Positions 9,236 to 16,877 of a stretch of DNA of 64,000 nt are shown piece by piece. Each line of letters opens with the position of its first letter. Positions within the stretch are counted from its first letter, which is position 1. A program made the position numbers and the translations under genes. Source of the DNA: Acidobacteriota bacterium (lineage in GTDB: Bacteria; Acidobacteriota; UBA6911); the NCBI GenBank assembly GCA_963664705.1, contig OY761556.1:5472001-5536000 (forward strand), given 5' to 3'. The notes under the pieces were generated by a model. The model was not told the DNA's origin and did not search any database. It saw only the letters and a program-made list of their open reading frames with translations.

Positions 9236-9745
9236 TCAACGCCCGTTCAAATATGCTTCAAACGGGTTTTTCCCTGCAAAACGGAGCGGAGCTCCGTTGA
9301 CATCGATGCTGAATGGATTGCCGGTATTGGGTCTCGTTGCCAATGCCGCCCGCGAACGATCGATTTCGGCGAGGATTCTGCCGTTTTCAACCCCCTGCCG
9401 CACGTGAATAGCCGAAATAATAACCGCAAACAGAAGGATGGGAGCACAGGCGTACGCCCACGCTCTGGGTTTGAAAGACAGTCGAAACAGGGCCAGAAAA
9501 TCCGATAAACGACGGTTCTCAGGTTCGGAATCAATTCTTCTGAAAAGCTGGGCTTTGATGTGCGCCGGAGGCTGCATTTCGGGCAGAGCCTGCCGTAGCG
9601 CCTTCTCGCCAAATTGAACAAGCTCCAGGACGGAGGCGCAGTGCTGGCAGGATTCAAGGTGCCGCTCTAAATCCTGTGCGGCATGTCCGGAGAGCTCTCC
9701 GTCGACGTATGCCGATAATAAATTTTCCAGCCTGCAATGGCTCAT
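9236..9745 (-). CDS. Zinc-finger (zf-HC2/ZAS) membrane anti-sigma factor
   Basis: C...LLSAYVDGEL...HLESCQHC plus one TM segment; directly downstream of the ECF sigma gene. Confidence 0.88.
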   Translation of the reverse strand: MSHCRLENLLSAYVDGELSGHAAQDLERHLESCQHCASVLELVQFGEKALRQALPEMQPPAHIKAQLFRRIDSEPENRRLSDFLALFRLSFKPRAWAYACAPILLFAVIISAIHVRQGVENGRILAEIDRSRAALATRPNTGNPFSIDVNGAPLRFAGKNPFEAYLNGR

Positions 9746-9757
9746 TTTAACCCTTTT

Positions 9758-10372
9758 TTACTTCCGCATCTTTTCTGCAATGATCATTCGGGCTCGATGT
9801 ACATCCATCTTGACCGATGAAATACTGCGCCCGACAATTCCCGATATTTCCTGGTAACTCAGTCCCTGCAATGTGGCCAGTATCAGTGTCTCTCTATACT
9901 GTATCGGAAGCTTTTTGAACACTGTTCGTATCTTCTGTCCCAGTTCGGCCGAAATCAGTTTGTGTTCCGGGTTGCCATCCAGATCCGGGCTCTTCAGAAC
10001 GAGTATCAACCCGTTTTCATCATCGTCCAGTGAATCGGGCCTTAATTTTATCTTCCGGTGCCTTTTATAAACTTCATTTCGGGCTATCTTATACAGCCAC
10101 TGTTCAAAATGCTCCAGCTCGCGAAGGCCTTTTAGGTTTCGATAGGCCAGGAAGAACGTGTTTTGAGTAACATCTTCCGCGTCTTCCTTGACCCCAACCA
10201 TATGGGATGCGAAGTTAAAAATCTTCGCAGCGAACAGGTCGTAAATATCTGAAAAGGCCTGGGAATCCCCGGTCGCAGCTTTCTGCAGCAAACTCTCCAG
10301 AGGAGAATTCGATGCCTCCGCTTTTGCGCCGTCCGGCGAAACCGTGTTGTTTAGCCTCTCCATTGTTCCCAT
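9758..10372 (-). CDS. ECF RNA polymerase sigma factor
   Basis: GDSQAF, DAEDVTQNTF, FEQWLYKIARN, GLSYQEIS, VKMDVHRAR. Confidence 0.92.
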   Translation of the reverse strand: MGTMERLNNTVSPDGAKAEASNSPLESLLQKAATGDSQAFSDIYDLFAAKIFNFASHMVGVKEDAEDVTQNTFFLAYRNLKGLRELEHFEQWLYKIARNEVYKRHRKIKLRPDSLDDDENGLILVLKSPDLDGNPEHKLISAELGQKIRTVFKKLPIQYRETLILATLQGLSYQEISGIVGRSISSVKMDVHRARMIIAEKMRK

Positions 10373-10553
10373 GCAAAAGGTGTCCGGTTGAGAAATTGCC
10401 GGGCTCTATTGTGCACGTAACTGGAAACATTGGCAACTCCGGTTCGCGGATCCAGCTGCTTGCGCGGACCTGCATTTATATCGATCTGCAAGATAGGAAA
10501 AGGTCACAACTATTTTTATATATATAACTAACAGCTTTTAAAAAAGGTCCCAC

Positions 10554-10589
10554 AAAAAGAAAAAGGGCGGCGCTTTGAGGCGCCGCCCT
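10554..10589 (-). terminator. Strong intrinsic terminator of the 498-aa surface protein gene
   Basis: Perfect 10-bp stem AGGGCGGCGC/GCGCCGCCCT with a 6-nt loop, followed by a T-rich run on the minus strand, about 22 nt after the stop codon. Confidence 0.85.
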
Positions 10590-10611
10590 GAAAGGCAAAC
10601 TAGGCAGAAGT

Positions 10612-12108
10612 CTAGTTGTTCAGGCCTGTCCCGTAGAGTACGAGCAGAGGATAGCCCTGAGCCATAACGCTGAAGCTCGGATCAGCAATGAAGCTGACGC
10701 CATGGGCATCGCTGAAGTTGGTCTGGAAGAAGACCTGACCCTGGAAGCTTGTCACGCCAGCGGCAGCGCCGAGGTCAGACAGCAGAACTGACCATTCGCC
10801 ACCAGCCGGGATCTGACCAGCTGTATCCAAGCCGAGACCGGGCTTTACAGTTGCGCTGGTCTGGATGACCAGAGGCGTGGTGCCATCAGCAGGAACCAAC
10901 CAAGCTTTGACGGTTCCGGGCTGAGCGGCAGCAAAGAACGGTGTCGCCGGAGTCAAACCAACGGCGGCGATTCTGTTGACGCCAGTCGGGTTGCCAATTG
11001 CGAAACCGGTGTTGAATCCAGGTACCCATGCACTGAACGGGGTATACAGCAGCGTCATTGCCTGTCCAACAGCGAAGGAAATGGCTGTGTTAACCGTTCT
11101 GGCAGCATAGCGAATCGGGCTCTGGCCGGCCTGTGTTCCCACTGCGATAGGCAGAACTGCGGTAGCCGAAAGCGGAGGAGCAAGTGTCGCCGTGATGGCG
11201 GCGGTGCCGGGGGTCAGAGGTACCGGTCCAACAGCCGAGAAGGACATAGGAACGGTGATCGTATCCAGAAGCTGCGGATTCTGGCTGTAAATGTTGATGG
11301 TAAGACCAGTGGCGCTGGCCGAAACCAATCTAGCATCAAAAGAAGGAGTGCTAGTGGTCAGAACCTGGCCGGAAGTGTACCCGGTGGTGACGAACGTGAA
11401 TCCGGACGGCGGAGCCACGGTCAGGGCCAACTGGGTCGGGTTGGTGGCGCCCTTGGTTTCAAAGGCGTTCGCGAACAATTCAGTAATGATCACGTTACCG
11501 CTGGAGGTGCCGCCAGTCTGGGCAACCTGCGGGAAGGTGTAGGAGGTAGCCGTGAAAGCGATTACTTCGGTTACCTGCGCAACAGGAACGAAATTGTTGG
11601 TGATCGTGCCGACTCCAACGCTGTTCGTTACGGTGGCGTTAACAACTGTATTAATGGCTGCGCTGGTCGCGGCCACATTAACACGGACACCCGTGATTCT
11701 CACGAACTGCTGAGAAATCGGGGTGGCCACAGGGGCGCCTGCGAATGACAGCAGGATGGCGCTGCCAGGAGCAGTCGTGCTCACGGTCACGTTACCGGCT
11801 GTACAAGCCACCGGCGTGCCGAAGCTGGTGCTGGTGATCGGATTGTTGCTGTTGCAACCCAGCACGTAGATCTGCATATCGGTGATTGCCGATATCGGAG
11901 CGCTGTACGTGATTGTGATGCTTTCACCTACCGGAATCGTTCCAGTGACGAGAGGTACAAAGTCAACCTCGCCAACAAGCCCTGTCTGGGCATTTGGAGC
12001 GACTGCGATAGTTGCATACGTCGTGGTCATGCTTGTCTGGGCAAAAGAAGCAGCCGAGACGAGCAAGATCAGCCCGAAGGCCAAAGACAGAATTTTCACT
12101 GATTTCAT
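10612..12108 (-). CDS. Secreted Ala/Thr/Ser/Val-rich protein, putative major S-layer protein
   Basis: Sec signal peptide (SFA|Q); about 5% charged residues by hand count; motifs ITGVRVN, GFNTGFAIGNP, FQGQ...NFSDAHG..FIAD; AGGAG SD, long leader and strong terminator. Confidence 0.65.
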   Translation of the reverse strand: MKSVKILSLAFGLILLVSAASFAQTSMTTTYATIAVAPNAQTGLVGEVDFVPLVTGTIPVGESITITYSAPISAITDMQIYVLGCNSNNPITSTSFGTPVACTAGNVTVSTTAPGSAILLSFAGAPVATPISQQFVRITGVRVNVAATSAAINTVVNATVTNSVGVGTITNNFVPVAQVTEVIAFTATSYTFPQVAQTGGTSSGNVIITELFANAFETKGATNPTQLALTVAPPSGFTFVTTGYTSGQVLTTSTPSFDARLVSASATGLTINIYSQNPQLLDTITVPMSFSAVGPVPLTPGTAAITATLAPPLSATAVLPIAVGTQAGQSPIRYAARTVNTAISFAVGQAMTLLYTPFSAWVPGFNTGFAIGNPTGVNRIAAVGLTPATPFFAAAQPGTVKAWLVPADGTTPLVIQTSATVKPGLGLDTAGQIPAGGEWSVLLSDLGAAAGVTSFQGQVFFQTNFSDAHGVSFIADPSFSVMAQGYPLLVLYGTGLNN

Positions 12109-12297
12109 CTATCTCAATCTCCTATAGGATTTGATTGTTGGGTTCTGCATTGTGAAAATTGTGTTGATCGGTTGTTTAGCGCTAACGAATTAACGAAAAT
12201 TCCAGATTCTTCAGATGCGAACCCTGGCAGATTCCTCTCTGCCTACTTCTTATCTGAAGAGTGTCTGGGCTGAAAACCCAGACTTCTGCGCTAAGCA

Positions 12298-12325
12298 ATG
12301 ATAATGATCCATTGGTGATTGTAAA
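12298..12325 (-). promoter_or_regulatory. Candidate sigma70 promoter for the S-layer-like gene
   Basis: TTTACA-16 nt-TATCAT on the minus strand, with an AT-rich tract upstream. Confidence 0.4.
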
Positions 12326-12420
12326 GTCACAAATATTTCATAATATTTTTATCTTTTCTATTTTAGCCAATAACTGAAGAGTTTTCTATTAGATACCGAT
12401 AATGTCCAAAGATGGAAAAT

Positions 12421-12436
12421 TGTGAGCTGGCGCACA
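12421..12436. promoter_or_regulatory. Candidate CRP/FNR-type operator
   Basis: TGTGA-GCTGGC-GCACA, one mismatch from TGTGA-N6-TCACA, in the divergent intergenic region. Confidence 0.3.
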
Positions 12437-12568
12437 GGATAAGGCAATATTTCTCTTTACATTTTCTATAATTTGCCAATAATCTCAGTATCTATCTTGC
12501 AAGGCTAGTCCATTGCCTGAGGTAGTTCATTAGATCAGAACAGTCTTAAACCAAAGCCCGGAAGGATT

Positions 12569-14083
12569 ATGGCGATACGGTTCAGGTTAGCAGATATCAC
12601 CATGAGTAAGAAGCGCCGTCCCCTATGGGCGTTTTGGACCCTGATTGTGCTGATTTCCGTCTGCATCGTAACGTCTCTCGGCCAGACACTCCTGCAGTCA
12701 AGAAAGCATTCGGCTCCCACATCGACCTCGGAGAGAATCAGCCTGGCGTTGGACAATCCGGTTTTCAGCCCTCTGATGCCGAGCCGTTCCCGAATGCCGC
12801 AATTCCCGGCTGGCGCGCATGTGATTTACGGCGGGGATGTGCAGCCTCCGTCTTCTGAAGGCGTATGGTGGGCAGTGGGCGTCACTGCGGATTTAAGCGT
12901 GCCGGAGTCCTCAAGCGCAGCATCCGCTTCATCGGTTGCCGCCAGCGGGCGCAGCCTGCGCAGTTTCTTCCCGGTCCGTCGATCGATCAACTTCAATCGG
13001 CGCTCAAGCGCGGGCGATGCTGTCAATCTGGCAGTAACGGATCTTCTGGAAGCCTTGAAGGAGCGGGAACTCAAGCGTCAAGCAAACAAAGGCGAGGTCA
13101 TTGCCAATCCTTTTGAAGAAGCAGCCTTGAAGGAATCCTCCGAAAAACAGACGGCTTCGACGGAAAGAACGACCAAAGCCGCCGATGTCCAGACAACAAA
13201 AGAGGAAACCAAGCGAAGTCCGGAGGCCAGCGGCGGGACTTCTGTTCAGCGGCGCAATTTTGTTTTGATTGGCAGTTTTGCGGATCAGCTTCTCAGCCTT
13301 ATTCCTGCAAGTTCGGATCAGGGCTTCCTGCATAACGAATCAAGTACCAAAGCCTTTGGATTTGATATTGCCGATGCAAGACAATATTTCGATCTCAATG
13401 TGATACTGCGCAGCCAGGATAGTCAGGAATCTGTTGCCTTCGGCGACCTCAATGGCGATGGAGCGCTTGACGCTGTCGTAACCAACAAGCTGGTGAACCA
13501 GACGCTTGTTTACCTCAATGATGGACAGGGGAATTACACCCTTTGCACGGGCATATTTGGCGGCAACGGCCCCGCGATGGCGGCGATTGGCGAATTCAGC
13601 GAAGATAAATCGCCGGATGTCGCGATCATGCTTCAAGCGGACCGACGGATTGTTGCCGATGGAAAAGGGTTGAGAAAGTTCGTGTTTCTGCCGGCATCCG
13701 ATATTGCTACCGATGGATATTCTTCCATGCTGCCTTATGACTTCGATGGCGACGGGCTGCAGGATCTCCTGTTGGCGGATTACCGGAACTCAAGCACAAC
13801 TCTATACCGGAACGTTGGCCAAGGATTTTTTGCCGCCGCCGATGTTTTTGCACTGCAAACGATTCCGTTGCTACAGGTCAAATCGGATATCAACGGAGAT
13901 GGAATTGAGGATTTGATACTGGCACAGCGCGTGGGAAACCGTGTTTCAATCGTATACCAAAACGGCCTGGATGGCACATTCACCAGCCTGGCCAATACGA
14001 TTTTTGATTCCTCAATCTACTATGCTGTGGGCGATTTCGATCAGGATGGTGTGATCGATATCGCTATTGCCCGCCTTCGATAA
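12569..14083 (+). CDS. FG-GAP/VCBS repeat protein with N-terminal membrane anchor or signal
   Basis: GDLNGDGALD, DFDGDGLQD, DINGDGIED, GDFDQDGVID (DxDxDG repeats); the start may be 12602. Confidence 0.8.
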   Translation: MAIRFRLADITMSKKRRPLWAFWTLIVLISVCIVTSLGQTLLQSRKHSAPTSTSERISLALDNPVFSPLMPSRSRMPQFPAGAHVIYGGDVQPPSSEGVWWAVGVTADLSVPESSSAASASSVAASGRSLRSFFPVRRSINFNRRSSAGDAVNLAVTDLLEALKERELKRQANKGEVIANPFEEAALKESSEKQTASTERTTKAADVQTTKEETKRSPEASGGTSVQRRNFVLIGSFADQLLSLIPASSDQGFLHNESSTKAFGFDIADARQYFDLNVILRSQDSQESVAFGDLNGDGALDAVVTNKLVNQTLVYLNDGQGNYTLCTGIFGGNGPAMAAIGEFSEDKSPDVAIMLQADRRIVADGKGLRKFVFLPASDIATDGYSSMLPYDFDGDGLQDLLLADYRNSSTTLYRNVGQGFFAAADVFALQTIPLLQVKSDINGDGIEDLILAQRVGNRVSIVYQNGLDGTFTSLANTIFDSSIYYAVGDFDQDGVIDIAIARLR

Positions 14084-14139
14084 CCTTCCACTGGCATCAT
14101 TATTTCCGGGGTTGGTACCTCGGGTTTTCGTCAAAAACA

Positions 14140-14206
14140 AAAGCGCCACGAATTGCACAAAGTTCACGAATGCCCCTCGTGGAATTTGCGCAATTCGTGG
14201 CGCTTT
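14140..14206. repeat. REP-like palindrome (GCCACGAATT family); probable bidirectional terminator
   Basis: Perfect 17-bp arms AAAGCGCCACGAATTGC/GCAATTCGTGGCGCTTT between convergent genes. Confidence 0.75.
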
Positions 14207-14249
14207 ATCTTTTCAGAGACTAAAGCCCGTCAAGTCAGGTCCTATGCCG

Positions 14250-16565
14250 CTATTGCAGGATCTGAGGAGTAATTGCACTTAACGAACGGATGTCCTGAGT
14301 TCCAAACAAAGCCACGCTCATCAGCGGGAAATCGCTTCGGATTCGAAAATAGCCGCCGACCTGTCCCGCCGCTGCCGGCACAAGCTGGCTGATCATTCTC
14401 GCAATTTTTGCATGTGCTGGAAGCGAGGACTGATAGGATCCTACCAGGCTTCCGTCTTTTTGATATACATCCAGCGTAAATCCTGTTGGCTGATCATTCG
14501 GATTCTGCAGGGCAATCCCTGTGTAGTACCCGCCGCCTTCCGCTACCTGGGAGTAGATGCAATCGGTTGCAGGCGTGAGAACCAGTGGAAGCGTTGCGGA
14601 AGCGGATCCATCCGATCCTGAGTATCGGATTGCTCCCGCGATAGCCGGACTTATCTGGAAAGGACTAATGCTGGGTCCGACCTCAATACTGAAGGATCCC
14701 GTCACAAGGTTTGATCCAAGGCTGGGAAAGAGACTCGCAAATGAGCGACTGACCTGTGCTCCTGGAGCAATGGATATTCCTACGGGATTTCCCTGCACCG
14801 GAATCTGCTGGCCGGAATCGTCCAAAAGGGTCAATGTGATCGCCGCGGTGATTTGACTGCTGCTGTTTACCAAATCCAGTTCCGTGGAATACAGCCCTCC
14901 CGTTGCAAAATGGGGTACATAGGACTTCTGAATGGTTGATGGGAACTGAGCCGGAAGCACATTCGATTCAAGGGAGTTGCCAAAATTGTTGCGCAGCATG
15001 AATCCTTCGTCGGAGCGCGCTTTGATATACCCGCCGTCAAAGGCACTCAGGTTGATCCCAAAAATATCACGGACATCTTTCAGGAGTATGCCGCCGGCAG
15101 GCAGAGTTTCGCTTTTGCTTGCAAGCACCGTCCCCCCGGCATCAAGCAAGTCGAAATTGACAGTGGCGCTTGAGGCTGAGGGATTATACGTTTCCAGGAG
15201 ATTGTAGTAGCCAAGCCCTTCCCGAAAGAGAACCGGCATGAGCAAATTAAGCGAACTCGTAATTTCTCCGTTGCTGCCGTCAAGTCTCGGTCCCGCAACG
15301 TCACCGAGTATATAGAAGCCCTTGATGTTTGAATGAGCGCTAACCCGGATTGTGCCGGCGGAAGAAGCGTTAAAGGAAGCCCCGAATATTTCCAACGCCA
15401 TTTTTGCATACTGACCGTTTGGGGGCAGCATGACATTCACGGGATTGGTAATATCTTTTCCTTCAAGGATTTTACCGTCGCTGTCATAGGCAGTCAGAGT
15501 CGCCATAACAAGAAAATCCTCGGGGTTTGTCAGGGCGATGCCCGTGTTTGTCGCTTCGTGCGCAGCCAGAAATGGGAAGACAAGTATCGTCGAACCGGTA
15601 GAGAGCTCGGATGTGTCAGGGACAAGCCGCTCGACATAACGTGGGACTTTTGTGGTATCTGTTCCGATTGGCCCTATCGCCGCCTGAAACTGAATTACGC
15701 CCTGGGCGGTTTCCGGTATCTGCGTCAAGTTGACGTTGAATCGAAAAGTCTCAATTGCCGCCGAACTGCCCTGCGCGGCGATAAACTGGTAGACCACATC
15801 AGTGGAGCCATCGGCTCGAGGGATCGTTTCGGGTTCGCCCGAAAGCGTTATAAACGTTGCACCCGTATTGGCCACACCCATCGCATCAAATGTGATCTGG
15901 GCCCCACTGGGAAGTGGCGGATATGGAGTGATGCGGATCTGGGTCGGTGTTGTCTGTCCGCCGATCCCCACAGAGTCCGAAAAGGCATTTGGGTACTGCT
16001 CGGAAACATCGACATAACTGCTGCTATTGGCTTCACCATTGATCCAAGAGAGCAATGGACTGCCTTGTTGGACCGAGATCGGTCCCTTGACCGCGTCGAT
16101 CACCACCGGATTTCCCTGCCATGCATCAATCAGATTTCCGCCGACACTTGCGTTCGAGATAACCACTTTTACAGAGTCTACGTCGTTCCCCGCAATCGCG
16201 ACCCGAACTCCCGAAATGAGTATCATATCTCCCGTGGTGCCGTCGGCCGGTACGTCAACGATAAGCGAATTGCCGGAGATAATTGGAGTTGATTCAACGC
16301 CGGCCAGCCCCCCCGTTCCACTTACCTCGATTTCTGAAGCGTCATTGTTAACAATCGGGCAGGAATAGGTGAGGATGAAAGGAACCGCTACAGTTGTTCC
16401 GGTAAGCACAGTGAATGAAATGCTACCCGCCTGTTCCGCACGTCCTATGTCGGCGGCAGTCACCGGCCCGCTGGCCACAACGAAAGAAGCCTGGGCGAAT
16501 ATTGACGGGCATAATAGGAAGAGCGAAACCAGCACTGTGAGAATATGAACCGGTTTGACCTGCAT
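14250..16565 (-). CDS. Secreted S-layer-like paralog with repeated C-terminal beta-rich modules
   Basis: Signal peptide (IFA|Q); N-half colinear with 10612-12108; repeated modules NTGIALTNP, STELDLVN, YTGIALQNP. Confidence 0.65.
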   Translation of the reverse strand: MQVKPVHILTVLVSLFLLCPSIFAQASFVVASGPVTAADIGRAEQAGSISFTVLTGTTVAVPFILTYSCPIVNNDASEIEVSGTGGLAGVESTPIISGNSLIVDVPADGTTGDMILISGVRVAIAGNDVDSVKVVISNASVGGNLIDAWQGNPVVIDAVKGPISVQQGSPLLSWINGEANSSSYVDVSEQYPNAFSDSVGIGGQTTPTQIRITPYPPLPSGAQITFDAMGVANTGATFITLSGEPETIPRADGSTDVVYQFIAAQGSSAAIETFRFNVNLTQIPETAQGVIQFQAAIGPIGTDTTKVPRYVERLVPDTSELSTGSTILVFPFLAAHEATNTGIALTNPEDFLVMATLTAYDSDGKILEGKDITNPVNVMLPPNGQYAKMALEIFGASFNASSAGTIRVSAHSNIKGFYILGDVAGPRLDGSNGEITSSLNLLMPVLFREGLGYYNLLETYNPSASSATVNFDLLDAGGTVLASKSETLPAGGILLKDVRDIFGINLSAFDGGYIKARSDEGFMLRNNFGNSLESNVLPAQFPSTIQKSYVPHFATGGLYSTELDLVNSSSQITAAITLTLLDDSGQQIPVQGNPVGISIAPGAQVSRSFASLFPSLGSNLVTGSFSIEVGPSISPFQISPAIAGAIRYSGSDGSASATLPLVLTPATDCIYSQVAEGGGYYTGIALQNPNDQPTGFTLDVYQKDGSLVGSYQSSLPAHAKIARMISQLVPAAAGQVGGYFRIRSDFPLMSVALFGTQDIRSLSAITPQILQ

Positions 16566-16877
16566 ACGTTATACCTCCGCAAGATAGAACATCAGTAGGC
16601 TCCATACAGCGCGCCCTTGGTGTTTCCAAATACCCCCACCATAAAGCTTATAATATGGAAAACCTAATGACCAGATGGCCTAATATATTAATTATTAAAG
16701 AGTTACCAGCGTCCAGACATCTCCGCAAGCCTGATGCCGGTCCGGAAAGAATCCGCCTGCCAGCAATCCGCCGGCTTGCCGCTTTTCCGGGCGCGCCCGA
16801 AAGCGGGGACAAACGGCAATTGCTGTTCACGCAGGTATTTCCGGAGACCCCGGTAGACATTTCGGCAGAATCAGAGG

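Noticed and set aside
10480-10510. Possible ECF autoregulatory promoter (GTGACC...CGATA), and a similar candidate near 50235-50262
   Set aside because: Spacing and consensus too loose to support without knowing the ECF group
15333-16292. 319-aa plus-strand ORF
   Set aside because: Antisense shadow of the 771-aa surface protein gene
16770-16810. GC-rich hairpin after the fusion gene as terminator or riboswitch
   Set aside because: No U-tract on the minus strand and no recognisable aptamer
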